DNA of 64,000 nucleotides from an uncultured Spirochaetota bacterium (GCA_963820525.1 CAWGAA010000003.1:608001-672000); one strand, 5' to 3'. Shown: positions 18,314 to 28,776, counted from the first letter of the stretch. The notes: generated by a model not told the origin, from the letters alone. Numbers and translations: made by a program.

Positions 18314-18735
18314 TGCGGCACGTCCTTGGACATGACCACAAGGTCGAAACGCTCCTGCCACCCCGTAGCGCGCCAGAAGCGCTTGCCCTCTTCGTTGTCC
18401 GCCATGACGAAGATGTGGCATTTCCGCGCGCCCCGGGCCGCCAGCCCCGTGAGGCAGCGCTCCACCAGCATTCTGCCCACCCCCGCCCGCCTCTGGTCCC
18501 GGGAGACTGCAAGGTGGTAGAGGAACCCCCGCCTCCCGTCATGGCTGCAGAGGACCGCGCCGACCAGCAGCTCTCCGTCCATCGCGACGAAGCTCAGATC
18601 CGGGTTGCGGGCGAGGAATGCCTCGATGTTGGGCCGCGAATCCGCCTGGCTCAGGCCGATCCCCTCGCTCGCTCTCCACAGCGCCGTTGCCGCCTCGTAG
18701 TCCGCGATGTTCATTGCCCGGATGTCGATGCCCAC
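18310..18735 (-). CDS. GNAT family N-acetyltransferase
   Basis: HDGRRGFLYHLAV..DQRRAGVG, N..GKRFWRATGW. Confidence 0.85.
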   Translation of the reverse strand: MGIDIRAMNIADYEAATALWRASEGIGLSQADSRPNIEAFLARNPDLSFVAMDGELLVGAVLCSHDGRRGFLYHLAVSRDQRRAGVGRMLVERCLTGLAARGARKCHIFVMADNEEGKRFWRATGWQERFDLVVMSKDVPQ

Positions 18736-18746
18736 TTTCTTCCCCC

Positions 18747-19569
18747 TCACGCAAGTCCCGCGAGCCGCTCGCTCACCCGCCACAGCTCTTCGCCCAATCG
18801 CGCGTCATGGCTCGCGGCCGAGGATGCCGCCGGCCTCCGGTCCACGAAGTACTTCCCCGTCACCCCTTCAACCTCGGGAGACTCCGCCAGGTAGACCGAC
18901 GTGGCGGCGCCCTTCTCCACGCCGATCCCCCGCATGCCCATAGCTTCGTGGAGGAGCTTGGTGTCCACGCCGCCGGGGTGGAGGCAGTTGACCGTGACTT
19001 CGGATGCATCGAGCATCCCGGCCAGCCGGTAGGTGAAAAGCACATTGGCCAGCTTCGACGAGCAGTACGCCGCCATCCCGTCGTAATGGTTTTCAGCCTG
19101 GAGGTCTTGAAAATCGACTTTCCCGCTCGAGTGCAGCATGGAGCTCACTGTCACGATCCGCGCCGCCCTTTGGGGAGCTGCGCCCGCGCGCAGGCAATCG
19201 AGAAGGAGGAGGGTGAGGAGGAAGGGGGCAATGTGGTTCACGCTGAAGGTCGTCTCAAGCCCGTCCCCGGTCAGAACCCGTTTCTTCATGAAGGTGCCCC
19301 GCGTTGTTGACCAGCCCGCTCAGGCGCGGGTGCTCGCCCTTCATCCTCTCCGCCATGCGCCGCACCTGGGCAAGGGAAGAGAAGTCCGCCACGACGCTCT
19401 CCAGGGCGGAGCTTCCCGTTTTTTGCCGGATTTCAAGAAGCGCCGCCCGGCACCTTCCGGAGTCCCTGCCATGGATGATGACGCGGGCGCCCCCGCGGGC
19501 GATCTCGAGTGCCGTCTGCTTGCCGATCCCGTCGGTGGCTCCGGTGACGAGTACCACCCTCTCCGTCAT
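18747..19569 (-). pseudogene. SDR oxidoreductase (retinol dehydrogenase-like), frameshifted
   Basis: TGATDGIG...LVNNAG in one frame, MKKRVLTGDGLE...YCSSK in the next; one extra G in GGGG at 19297-19300. Confidence 0.8.
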
Positions 19570-19574
19570 CGCCC

Positions 19575-19973
19575 TCACTGCGCCGCAGTGCCCTTCACCA
19601 GGCCGTCTTTCCACTTCGAGACGCTTCCGAAGTCCACGACGCGATCGTAGCCCAGCCCCACAAGGGTCGAAGCGGCCCGCGCCGAGCGCATGCCGGAAGC
19701 GCAGTACACGATGACGATGGCTTTTTTGTCAGGAGTTGGAGCCTGGGCCGCAATCCGATCCACCGGGATGTTGACCGCCGTGGGGATATGGCCCGAGGCA
19801 TACTCTTCTGTAGTGCGCACGTCCACCAGGAAGTACTGCCGGCTCTTTTCCGCTATCAGCTTCGCCAGCGAATCCGGATCCGAGTATGCCGTGTAGGGGG
19901 GGACGGTTGCACAGCCCGCCAGGAGAAAAGCGATCAATGCGCAGAGGGTGATCGCAATAGCAGCCTTTTTCAT
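19575..19973 (-). CDS. Rhodanese-like domain lipoprotein
   Basis: Lipobox LLAGC; LVDVRT.EEYASGHIPTA, VYCASGMRS. Confidence 0.85.
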   Translation of the reverse strand: MKKAAIAITLCALIAFLLAGCATVPPYTAYSDPDSLAKLIAEKSRQYFLVDVRTTEEYASGHIPTAVNIPVDRIAAQAPTPDKKAIVIVYCASGMRSARAASTLVGLGYDRVVDFGSVSKWKDGLVKGTAAQ

Positions 19974-20068
19974 CGATAGCCTCCTCTTGGTCATGCCCGC
20001 CGAGATGCCGATCCCCGCGACGCCGTCGCTGAATATGGCGACGGCATCCCCGGAGCGTACGCCGCCGC

Positions 20069-20371
20069 TCAGGGGAAGATCTCCTTCAATCCCTGGGAGG
20101 CGACATACACGGCGCCGACTCCGCTTAAGTGATATGCCACGCGGACGGCCTCGGCGATCTCCTCCTTCGTGGCGCCTTCCTTGAGAGCGGACAGCGCCAG
20201 GGCCTTCACTCCGCTCGCGGCGCCGTGCGCGGCGTCGAAGGCGAGCGCGATCAGGAGCTTGATCTTTCGCGGCAGCGCGCCGTCGGCGTATACGATCTCG
20301 TCTTCTGCCGTGAGGTGGCTCATGAACTTGGGGTCGATCCTCATCATGGTTGACAGGGGATGCTCCGCCAT
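20069..20371 (-). CDS. Carboxymuconolactone decarboxylase (AhpD-like) family protein
   Basis: GALPRKIKLLIALA...GATKEEIAEA. Confidence 0.8.
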   Translation of the reverse strand: MAEHPLSTMMRIDPKFMSHLTAEDEIVYADGALPRKIKLLIALAFDAAHGAASGVKALALSALKEGATKEEIAEAVRVAYHLSGVGAVYVASQGLKEIFP

Positions 20372-20383
20372 ATCGTTCCTCCT

Positions 20384-20713
20384 TCAATTCCTTCCGAGAA
20401 GTCCGTTCAGGGAGACCACGACCTTGTTGTCGCGCACGATGACGAGGCACACTCCCCCATCCGTCGTGTAGTATTCGAAGGCCTGCCGGACCGCGCCAAA
20501 GGGAAACTTCTCCTCAACCGCCTTCTGGGGGCTGACGTAGGCTTCAACGAGTGTTCCGTTCTCCACGAGGGCGACGATGGCGTGCTTTTGCCCGCCGGAT
20601 TGGCTGTCTTGAAGCGTTCTCATCAGAACGGGATCTCCCATGACGGTCCTGGTGATCCGCCAGTCGAGCTCCCGCTCATCAGGCCCCATCTCCCTATAAA
20701 TATACTCAGGCAT
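20384..20713 (-). CDS. Hypothetical protein
   Basis: 109-aa ORF with GGAG RBS and host-like codon usage. Confidence 0.65.
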   Translation of the reverse strand: MPEYIYREMGPDERELDWRITRTVMGDPVLMRTLQDSQSGGQKHAIVALVENGTLVEAYVSPQKAVEEKFPFGAVRQAFEYYTTDGGVCLVIVRDNKVVVSLNGLLGRN

Positions 20714-20792
20714 GGAAGCTCCTACCGATGTACTACGATTGTTCGCCGGCTGTCAAGGAAGCGTGAATCATGCTACAGTTGCGGCAACGGGG

Positions 20793-22148
20793 ATGAGCGA
20801 ATCAGGACGGGTCCCGGACCGGGTGAACGCCATTCGCGAGGTGCTGGGGTACCTCGGGCGGTACAGGAACGAGCTTTTCGTGCTCAAGATCGACGATGCC
20901 CTCGTGGAGGAGCCGCTGTTCCCGCTTCTCATCCGGGACGTCGTGCTGCTGTATCGCATGGGCATCCATGTCGTCATCGTGCCGGGGGCGCGGCACGCCA
21001 TCGACTCCGCCCTGGAGTCCGCGGGGATCCGCTCCCGCTACCACCAGGGGGTGCGCATCACCACCGAGGAGGGGCTTGCGCACGTCATGACGGCCGCATC
21101 CCGCGTATCAAACCGCATCCTCTCCCTGCTCTCGGAAAACGGCGCCCAGGCGGTTTCGGGAAACTGGGTGCGGGCGCGCACTCTCGGGGTCATCGAAGGC
21201 ATCGATTTCCAGCGAACGGGAAGAATCGAGAAGGTGAACGTGACGCTTCTCTCGAAGCTGCTCGGCGAAGGGGTGATTCCCCTTGCAACCAATATCGGCT
21301 GGAACGCCGTGGGCAAGGCCCACAACCTTTCCAGCACCGAGCTCGCCGTGGCGGTGGCCTCCGCAATGGGAGCGGCAAAGCTGTTCTTCGTCGGCATGGA
21401 GCCGGGCATCCCCGCCGTGGGAGAAGCTCTGCCGGAGCTCCGCGTGCGCGACTCCGGGGTGTACTCGAACATGGACCTTTCCCAGGTGGAGAGGCTCCTC
21501 GCAGCCGCGGGAGACTCGCTGGACCGCGAGCACCGCGTCCTCCTGGAGAGCGCCGTGGCGGCCTGCACCGGCGGGGTGAAGCGCGTTCACATCGTGGACG
21601 GGAGAGAAAACGGGATCCTCCTCGAGGAGATCTTCTCGATCTCCGGCCGCGGCACCATGCTCTTCGCCAACCTCTACACCAACATCTGCCCGGCATCCGT
21701 GGAGGACGTGCCGGAAATCATCAGGCTCATTCAACCCTTCGTTCAGCAGTCCCTCGTGCTCCAGCGCACCCCCGAGACCATTGCCGAGAACGTCGAGCGA
21801 TGGGTCGTGTACAAGGTTGACGACGCCATCCGCGGGTGCGCGGCCCTCACCCCCTACGACGCCGAAAGCGGAGAGATCGAAGCCCTGGTTGTGGACGAGG
21901 ATCATCGGGGCGGGGGGACCGGCGGGCGGCTCGTCACGTTTCTCATCGATCGCGCCCGACGGCTGGGAATGAAGCGGGTATTCGCGCTCACCACACAGGC
22001 AAGCGATTTCTTCATGGCCCTCGGTTTCGCCGAGGTGCCGCCCGAGGAGCTGCCCGCGGCGAAGAGGCAGCGCTACAACCGCCGGCGAAACTCCCGGGTC
22101 CTCGCCCTGGACCTCGCCGCGGGGGCGCACCACCCCGCTCACGTGTAG
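20793..22148 (+). CDS. argA: Amino-acid N-acetyltransferase (N-acetylglutamate synthase)
   Basis: Amino-acid-kinase domain (GVRITT, GVKRVHIVDG, LLEEIFS..GRGT) plus GNAT domain (VFALTTQASDFF, YNRRRNSRVL). Confidence 0.88.
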   Translation: MSESGRVPDRVNAIREVLGYLGRYRNELFVLKIDDALVEEPLFPLLIRDVVLLYRMGIHVVIVPGARHAIDSALESAGIRSRYHQGVRITTEEGLAHVMTAASRVSNRILSLLSENGAQAVSGNWVRARTLGVIEGIDFQRTGRIEKVNVTLLSKLLGEGVIPLATNIGWNAVGKAHNLSSTELAVAVASAMGAAKLFFVGMEPGIPAVGEALPELRVRDSGVYSNMDLSQVERLLAAAGDSLDREHRVLLESAVAACTGGVKRVHIVDGRENGILLEEIFSISGRGTMLFANLYTNICPASVEDVPEIIRLIQPFVQQSLVLQRTPETIAENVERWVVYKVDDAIRGCAALTPYDAESGEIEALVVDEDHRGGGTGGRLVTFLIDRARRLGMKRVFALTTQASDFFMALGFAEVPPEELPAAKRQRYNRRRNSRVLALDLAAGAHHPAHV

Positions 22149-22199
22149 GCGGTCAGGCCCTCCCGTCCCCGATCTCGAAGGACCATGCAGGCTCCCTCC

Positions 22200-22448
22200 T
22201 CACCCCCTCCGCCCCTTGCCTTGCGGCGGCTGCCGCCGGATTCCCTCCAGGAGCTTCCTCACTTGTTCGCGGAACTCTTGGGGCGCGTCCACGTGCCCCC
22301 AGCTGTCCTTATACGTCAGAAGCCCGTCATAGGCGGGATCCGTGTAGCGTTTGAAGACGTGGGGAATGCCCTCCTCCTTCAGCAATGCCTCCAGAAGGTT
22401 CGCCTCGGTCTCGTTCGATAGAAGAATGATATCTTTGTCAGCTGCCAT
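22200..22448 (-). CDS. DUF2007-like small protein
   Basis: NETEANLLEALLKEEGIP...D.AYDG. Confidence 0.6.
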   Translation of the reverse strand: MAADKDIILLSNETEANLLEALLKEEGIPHVFKRYTDPAYDGLLTYKDSWGHVDAPQEFREQVRKLLEGIRRQPPQGKGRRG

Positions 22449-22582
22449 TGCGCCCCCCCGAGCGCGGAATGATCGCCGCGGCACCGGCCAAACTCGCCGG
22501 CACCAGCTAGACTCGGCGGCGAGGCCGGGTCCGGCAGCGCCGGCAAGGCGCGTGGTGACGGCGACGCGCGGCCCCCTGGCTG

Positions 22583-23026
22583 TTACAGCGCCGGGTCTAT
22601 CTGCCGCAGATGGTGCTCCATGTGCTCGATGTATTTCACAATCACCGTCTCGAGCGTCATGGGCTCTCCCTCCCCGATTCGGCACGGCACGGAAAGCTTT
22701 TCCCGGGGCATGGCTTGAACCACATGCGCAATGTGCCTGTTCAGGGCCACCCAAAGCTCAGCAAGCTGGCGCCAACCCTCCCGAGCGTAGGCCTGTACGC
22801 GCACCCAGTCCGGCTGGGCATAGCCGGGGAAGCGAAGCTCATCGGAGAGCTGGGCGCGAATAAAGCGCTGGTGGTTGTTCGACGCCGAGTCTATCAGGTG
22901 CCCCAGGATCTCCTTCTTGCACCATTTGCCAGGGGCCGCGGGTCCGGATACCTCGGCCTCGGAAAGCCCGAGAAGCTTTCCGCCGGCGCGGTTTACGATG
23001 TCGTTTATGGTCTCACTGGATGTCAT
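22583..23026 (-). CDS. DinB family protein
   Basis: KWCKKEILGHLIDSASNNHQRF...HMEHH. Confidence 0.85.
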   Translation of the reverse strand: MTSSETINDIVNRAGGKLLGLSEAEVSGPAAPGKWCKKEILGHLIDSASNNHQRFIRAQLSDELRFPGYAQPDWVRVQAYAREGWRQLAELWVALNRHIAHVVQAMPREKLSVPCRIGEGEPMTLETVIVKYIEHMEHHLRQIDPAL

Positions 23027-23146
23027 GACGACCACGATATTTCCGCGGCCCGCCCGCGTCAAGGGTTGGCGGCCGGGATTTCATCTCGCCCCGCGTTTCA
23101 TCTCCATTGCCGCCCCGCCCCCATTCTGATATCCTGACCGACCTGA

Positions 23147-23868
23147 ATGAGCCTTGATCTTGAATCCATTGCCAGGGACTACGGCCGGGTGGTCTCATCG
23201 GTGTGCGGGCGAATGATCCGAGACCCGGAAGCGGCGGAGGATGCTGCCCAGGAGATCTGGCTCGAGATAACAAAAAGCCTTCCTTCGTTCCGGGGAGACT
23301 CGAAGCTGTCCACCTGGATCTGCACGATAGCCCGGCGCCACGTGCTTGCCTTCGCCCGAGGGGAGCGCACCTACTCCATGAGATTTATCCGGGGCTACTT
23401 CCATGGCGAGGGCGGCGAGCCGCCTGTCCCGCCGCCAAACGATGCTGAAAAACCGGCCTGGGTGAAGCGGATGTGCGACAAATGCCTCACCGGCATCCTC
23501 CACTGCCTCGACGTAGACACGCGCCTGGCCTACGTGCTTCGCGAGGTGGCCCGGGTTCCCTAGAGGAGCTTGCGCGCATCCTGGGCAGGGAAGCTCCCTC
23601 CCTCCGCAAGACCCTGTCGCGGGCAAAGCATAAACTGGCTCGATTCCTGAAGGATGAATGCGGGCTCTACAACAGAAACGCTCCCTGCCGCTGCCGTATG
23701 CGCGCCTGGGTGGAGGAAGTGGATCTTCCCTCGGAATACGAGAAGCTTCGGACAATCGCCGCACGAGCGAGGCTGTACAGGGAGTCGGAGCGGATCCTGC
23801 CGTCCAGAAACTACTGGGAGAAAATCCTCTCAAAGCGGTCACAAATCACAGGCGCCTCCCACACATAA
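23147..23868 (+). pseudogene. ECF RNA polymerase sigma factor with Cys-rich C-terminus, frameshifted
   Basis: Region 2 (AEDAAQE..FRGDSKLSTW) in one frame, region 4 (EELARILG...TLSRAK) and CGLYN..PCRC in the other; junction CCC TA GAG GAG at about 23561-23563 suggests a lost base of TAC/TAT. Confidence 0.8.
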
Positions 23869-23909
23869 AGGAGGTACACGGTACCGAAACCTTTACGAGG
23901 AGGAATAGC

Positions 23910-24335
23910 ATGACCAGCCAGGATGACGTGAGGATTCTCCAGGCCCTGTACGCCGGGGCGCTCGCCGATGCCGTGGTCCAGATGGGCCGCGAGGGGATCT
24001 TGGAGAAAGTGACGGAAATGAAAAAGCCGGAGCAGCTTCGGGAGGGCGCGGACAGGGCGCGACGCATGGGCATGAGATCGGCCAGCGAGGTCCCCACCCG
24101 GGGTTCCGAGATTTTCGGATGCACGGCCTGGAAGGCGGAAGAGGACGACATGGGCTTCTCCGCAGAGACCCGCTCGTGTACACTCTGCGCCATGACCAAG
24201 AGGATGGGCGGCCCGAAGCCATGCGCCATCTACTGCCTCAACCCGTCGCTCGATTTCATCGCCACGGAAACGCTCTGGGAAGGGGCGAAGTGCCGAATCG
24301 AAGCGAAACGGCGCGGGCAAGAGCGCTCAAGGTGA
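23910..24335 (+). CDS. Cys-containing hypothetical protein
   Basis: AGGAGG RBS; FGC, CTLC, PCAIYC, TLWEG..C. Confidence 0.65.
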   Translation: MTSQDDVRILQALYAGALADAVVQMGREGILEKVTEMKKPEQLREGADRARRMGMRSASEVPTRGSEIFGCTAWKAEEDDMGFSAETRSCTLCAMTKRMGGPKPCAIYCLNPSLDFIATETLWEGAKCRIEAKRRGQERSR

Positions 24336-24358
24336 AGAGCGGTGTGAAAGGATAGAAG

Positions 24359-24955
24359 ATGGAGACGCGGCAGGTATTCATGTCCTACGACGCGGAGGCG
24401 ACCCCCGCGCCCAGCGATTTTCACTACTGCCCCCGATGCGGGGAGAAATTCGAGGGGCAGGAGCAAAGCCCGGAGCCGCGGCGCTGCATTATCTGCGGCT
24501 TCACCGTCTACAGAAATCCGCTGCCCGGCGTCGTCGTTCTCATCGAGAAAGACGGAACGGTCCTGCTGTGCAAGAGGTCGTCTGGAAGCTTTCAACCCGG
24601 CGAGTGGTGTCTTCCCGGGGGTTTCATAGAATACCATGAGGATTTCCTCAGCGCGGGCATCCGCGAGGTGAAAGAGGAAACGGGGCTGGACGTCGAGATC
24701 GTTTCGATCCTGAGCGTCGTCTCGAATTCCCTTGCGCCGAAGCTCCACACGCTTGTGGTGGTTCTCCTGGGGCACGTGAAGGGCGGGCAAGCGAAAGCCG
24801 GCGACGATGCCGTGTCCGTCACGTGGGTTCCCCTCTCCGGGCCCCTGCCGGAGATGGCCTTTGAGGCGGATGGGCACATCATCCAGCGCTACGCTGCCAC
24901 GCGCCTTGCCGGCGCTCCCGTGGACCCGCGGTTCTCCCGCGGGGCGAAACACTAA
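24359..24955 (+). CDS. NUDIX hydrolase with zinc ribbon
   Basis: YCPRCG...CIICG; GGFIEYHE....AGIREVKEETG Nudix box. Confidence 0.9.
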   Translation: METRQVFMSYDAEATPAPSDFHYCPRCGEKFEGQEQSPEPRRCIICGFTVYRNPLPGVVVLIEKDGTVLLCKRSSGSFQPGEWCLPGGFIEYHEDFLSAGIREVKEETGLDVEIVSILSVVSNSLAPKLHTLVVVLLGHVKGGQAKAGDDAVSVTWVPLSGPLPEMAFEADGHIIQRYAATRLAGAPVDPRFSRGAKH

Positions 24956-24989
24956 AGGCCCGCGTGAGCGCTCACGGAGGCTCGTGAAC

Positions 24990-25844
24990 ATGTCGAAGAT
25001 GCGGACACTGGGACGGATATTCCTGCGCTGTCTCATAGTCGGCGCGGTCTACTCTGCGGCGAACTCACTCGCCGCCGTCCTTCTGGGACCGCTCAGCCGC
25101 CTCGCTCCCACGGGGGAGACCATTGCCGTGTGGACGCTCACGGGGACTCTCATCTGCCTGTCCTTCAGCTATCTCATCCTCCGCTCTTCATGGCCGAGGT
25201 GGAGGACGGTGCTGGCAGTCTGGGCATCGCTCGCCTTGATCCGATCCATCGGCCTGGGAATAGAGGGGGCTCTCTTTAAACCCGCCGGCGCGGCCGCTTC
25301 CCTCAGCGGGGCGGCAGCGGGAATCGTCGTGGCTTTTCTGACCGCCTGGCTGGCCGTGTGGCTTTTCGCGCGGCCCGCGGGGCTCGAGGGGGGCGCGCCG
25401 AAGGCCGAACGGGCCTGGTGGAGCTGGCTCTGGCGCGTAGTCGTTGTCGGTCTTGCCTACTTCTTTTTTTACTTCGTCTTCGGCGCGGCGAACGCGTTCC
25501 TCTACACCATGAGCTTCTATCGGGACAACCCGCAGTACGGCCTGTCGATGCCGCCGGCGTCGGCGGTATTCGCCGCCCAGCTCATCCGCGGCCCGCTGTT
25601 CGCCCTGGGCTCGCTTTTTATCGCTCGCGCGGCGCAAGCCCCGCGTGCAAGGCTCGCCCTCTGGCTGGGAATTCTCCTTTTCGTCATTGGGGGGTTCGCG
25701 CCATACGTCGAAGCGACTTTCCGCACCATGCCGCTGGGATTCAACCTGGCGACGTTGGCGGAGATCCTTCTGCAGAACTTCCTCACGGGCGTCGTGGCCG
25801 CATATCTTTTTGGAGCGAAAGTCTCGAAAGAGCAGGCCTCGTGA
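24990..25844 (+). CDS. Polytopic membrane protein
   Basis: About 8 hydrophobic segments. Confidence 0.7.
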   Translation: MSKMRTLGRIFLRCLIVGAVYSAANSLAAVLLGPLSRLAPTGETIAVWTLTGTLICLSFSYLILRSSWPRWRTVLAVWASLALIRSIGLGIEGALFKPAGAAASLSGAAAGIVVAFLTAWLAVWLFARPAGLEGGAPKAERAWWSWLWRVVVVGLAYFFFYFVFGAANAFLYTMSFYRDNPQYGLSMPPASAVFAAQLIRGPLFALGSLFIARAAQAPRARLALWLGILLFVIGGFAPYVEATFRTMPLGFNLATLAEILLQNFLTGVVAAYLFGAKVSKEQAS

Positions 25845-25941
25845 GGGGCGATCCGCGTCGGTCTCGGTGTCCCGGCGCTTGACAGCACGCGGGCGGAGGG
25901 ACTATAGCACGGTAGGCGTGTCACCGGAAAAGGAGGCACCT

Positions 25942-26739
25942 ATGAAGCTTTCGCGCCGCACGCGTCTCATGCGGTTCGCCGCGATCGCCATTCTCGTCCT
26001 CGCTTCACTTCCCCTCGCAAGCTGCGAGACGTTCACGGGATTCGGACAGGATTCCTCGGATTCGAACGGGGAGGCCCAACAGGCGCCTACGGACGGCGCA
26101 GGCAAGGCGGCGGAGCCGGCCGTCGAGCGCCGCGAGGCGCAGGACGCCGGCTGGGACCTGGAGGCCCTGGACACGGCGCGCTCGGCGGGCTACATGAGCG
26201 ATGTCGAGAAGGACGTCGTGCTCGAGATCAACAAGGCCCGCTCGGATCCCGCCCGCTACGCCGAGCAGTACATCAGGCCCATGCTGAAATACTTCTCGGG
26301 AAACGAATACAGGTATCCCGGGGAAATAACTCTCATCACGAGCGAAGGGGCGGCGGCGGTCCAGGCATGCATAAAGGCGATGAAGGCTCAATCGGTCCGC
26401 CCCCCGCTCCTTCCCCTGGAGCCGCTTGCCCTGGCCGCCCGCGACCACGTGAAGGACACAGGCCCGAAAGGGATCGTGGGCCACACGGGAAGCGACGGCA
26501 GCGACCCCTCCAAGCGGGTTCGACGCTACGCCAAAGGCCTCTATTGCGGCGAGAATATCTCCTACGGGCAGGGCAATGCGCAGAGCATCGTGACCCAATT
26601 CCTCATCGACGATGGTGTGCCCAGCCGCGGACACCGTGTCAACATCATGAAAGCGGACTACGGATTCATCGGAGATTCGATCGGAACGCACAAGACCTAC
26701 CGCTCGATGTGCGTCGTGGACTTCGCCTTGAAATCATGA
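25942..26739 (+). CDS. CAP (SCP) domain lipoprotein
   Basis: Lipobox LASC; EINKAR, GHTGSDGS, GENISYG, DDGVPSRGHRVNI. Confidence 0.88.
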   Translation: MKLSRRTRLMRFAAIAILVLASLPLASCETFTGFGQDSSDSNGEAQQAPTDGAGKAAEPAVERREAQDAGWDLEALDTARSAGYMSDVEKDVVLEINKARSDPARYAEQYIRPMLKYFSGNEYRYPGEITLITSEGAAAVQACIKAMKAQSVRPPLLPLEPLALAARDHVKDTGPKGIVGHTGSDGSDPSKRVRRYAKGLYCGENISYGQGNAQSIVTQFLIDDGVPSRGHRVNIMKADYGFIGDSIGTHKTYRSMCVVDFALKS

Positions 26740-27770
26740 AAGCCGCAGGGGACCTCGCCGCGATTCCCAAGGTGGAGCTTCACCGCCACCTCGACGGCAG
26801 CGTGCGCCTGGAAACCATCCTGGAGCTTGCCCGGAAGCACGGCATCGACGTCGGGGCTCGAACCGCCGCGGAGCTCCGTCGAAGGGCAGTGATCGACCGG
26901 CCAATGAAGGACCTCACGGCCGTGCTGGAGAGCTTCTCCACCGTCCAGAAAGTCCTCCGCTCCTTCGACGACGTGAGCCGCGTCACCTTCGAGAACATCG
27001 AGGATGCATGGCGCGACGGGGTGAAGCTGGTGGAGCTTCGTTTCGCCCCGGCCTTCATTTCCAGCGGAAAGAAACTCTCCAATGATGAGATCATCGGCGG
27101 TGCGCTGGACGGCGTTGCCCGCGGCATGGAGGCGTACCCCATCGAGGTGGGGCTGATCGGGATTCTGCCGCGAAGCCATACCCATGACGAGAATGCCCGC
27201 GCCACCCGGGACCTGATCCGTTGGAGAGAGAGCGGCTCGCCGCATGCGCGGCGCATCTGCGGCTTCGATCTTGCCGATTCGGAGGACATCGAAGCGGCGG
27301 TGAGCTTCGTAGCGCTGGTGGAGGAAGCGCGCGAGGCCGGCATGGGCATCACGATCCACAGCGGAGAGAACACCAGCGCGCTTCACGTCAAAAAGACGCT
27401 CGAGCTTTTCAGGCCGGACCGCATCGGACATGGCATCAGGGCATGGGGAGACCAGGATCTTGTACGGCGACTGCGTGACGAGGACGTCCCGCTGGAAGTC
27501 TGCCCCACCTCGAACTGGCTCACGCGCTCCGTGACATCGCTCGAATCGCATCCCCTTCCCCTGCTCTACCGCGCCGGGGTGGGGGTCTCCATCAACTCGG
27601 ACGACCCTCACCTCTTCGGCATCGACCTGGTGAACGAGTACGAGGCATGCCGGAGGCTCTACGGATTTGGAGATTCCGACTTCAATGCGATCAACAGGGG
27701 CGCCCTTGCTCATTCGTTCCTCCCCGAGGAGACCAAGGGGAGAGTGCGGCAGGAGTGGTTCGGCTCGTGA
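26736..27770 (+). CDS. add: Adenosine deaminase
   Basis: PKVELHRHLDGS, IHSGE, RIGHG, CPTSN, NSDDP. Confidence 0.9.
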   Translation: MKAAGDLAAIPKVELHRHLDGSVRLETILELARKHGIDVGARTAAELRRRAVIDRPMKDLTAVLESFSTVQKVLRSFDDVSRVTFENIEDAWRDGVKLVELRFAPAFISSGKKLSNDEIIGGALDGVARGMEAYPIEVGLIGILPRSHTHDENARATRDLIRWRESGSPHARRICGFDLADSEDIEAAVSFVALVEEAREAGMGITIHSGENTSALHVKKTLELFRPDRIGHGIRAWGDQDLVRRLRDEDVPLEVCPTSNWLTRSVTSLESHPLPLLYRAGVGVSINSDDPHLFGIDLVNEYEACRRLYGFGDSDFNAINRGALAHSFLPEETKGRVRQEWFGS

Positions 27771-27806
27771 GCCCGGGAGGCGTCCCAGCGGGGGACGCGC
27801 TCGCCC

Positions 27807-28265
27807 CTACTGAATATCGATTGCAGGATTGTTTCCGCTCGCGGGCAGATGGAGCTGCTGGATAAGATAATCCGGCCCTTCCTTGACCATCACGAAGGCG
27901 GCGGCTCTCCCGATGGCGCTCTCGTCGAAAGCTGGAGGCCCGTAGATTATACCCGTGACGTTGGCCGGATCCGAGTATTCCAGGAGCGTCATGCCGTACT
28001 GCTGCTCTCCCGCGCCGGGCACGGGGAAGTTGGCGTCCCACCAGGTTGCGTCCAGAGTGCCCGCGGATTTGTACTGGCTGCTGTCGGAGATGTGGCTTGC
28101 GGCATTCGCCCTGCTGGAGTTCAGGTCGTTGAAGAAGAGGATGAGCCTGGCCTGGATGGAGATCCCGAAATGCTCGCAGCTGGTCGCGGCGGAGAGGACC
28201 GCGGCCGCAATGACGGCGAGGCGGAGGATCTGAGCGATTCCTCTCGGTCTCCTCGACTTTTTCAT
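27807..28265 (-). CDS. Hypothetical lipoprotein (paralog of 28337-28765)
   Basis: TSC lipobox-like; shares FGISIQ.R..F..DLNSSRAN, KSAG.LD..WW...FP.PG and FVMVK.G with its neighbour. Confidence 0.75.
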   Translation of the reverse strand: MKKSRRPRGIAQILRLAVIAAAVLSAATSCEHFGISIQARLILFFNDLNSSRANAASHISDSSQYKSAGTLDATWWDANFPVPGAGEQQYGMTLLEYSDPANVTGIIYGPPAFDESAIGRAAAFVMVKEGPDYLIQQLHLPASGNNPAIDIQ

Positions 28266-28336
28266 TCCACCTCCACCCTGAAATATACCACATTCCAGGC
28301 AAAGGGGCGGGTGAAGGCGCGGAGAGAAGGTCTCTG

Positions 28337-28765
28337 CTACTTGAGCCTCTTCAAGGTGGCGGTGCCACTGCCGGCCAGATAGATCTGTTGTATGAAGTGG
28401 TCTGCGCCGTCCTTGACCATGACGAACTTGATGGCTGCGGCTGGTGAGTAATTCGCAGGACCTAATATCGTCCCCGTTACGTTGGATGGGTCGGAATAGT
28501 CAAACAGGGTGATGCTGTACTGCGTATCCGACGGCCCCGGCGCTGGGAAGGTAGTCTCCCACCAAAGTGTATCAAGAACTCCCGCTGATTTGTCCAGGCT
28601 GCTGTTGGAGATATCGTTGTTGAGGTTCGCCCGAGATGAGTTCAAGTCTGTTACAAACTGGGAGATCCGGTTCTGAATTGAGATCCCAAAGAGATCGCAG
28701 CTTGAAAGCGCTGCCAGAACAACGAGAGAAAGGGCCGCAAACGCAATGAGATGCCTGGGTTTCAT
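28337..28765 (-). CDS. Hypothetical lipoprotein
   Basis: LSSC lipobox, GAGGAG RBS; lower GC than flanking genes. Confidence 0.8.
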   Translation of the reverse strand: MKPRHLIAFAALSLVVLAALSSCDLFGISIQNRISQFVTDLNSSRANLNNDISNSSLDKSAGVLDTLWWETTFPAPGPSDTQYSITLFDYSDPSNVTGTILGPANYSPAAAIKFVMVKDGADHFIQQIYLAGSGTATLKRLK

Positions 28766-28776
28766 GAAGCTCCTCC

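Noticed and set aside
23561..23563. TAG in the ECF sigma gene as a possible pyrrolysine/readthrough codon
   Set aside because: The continuation is in a different frame, so it is a frameshift rather than an in-frame stop
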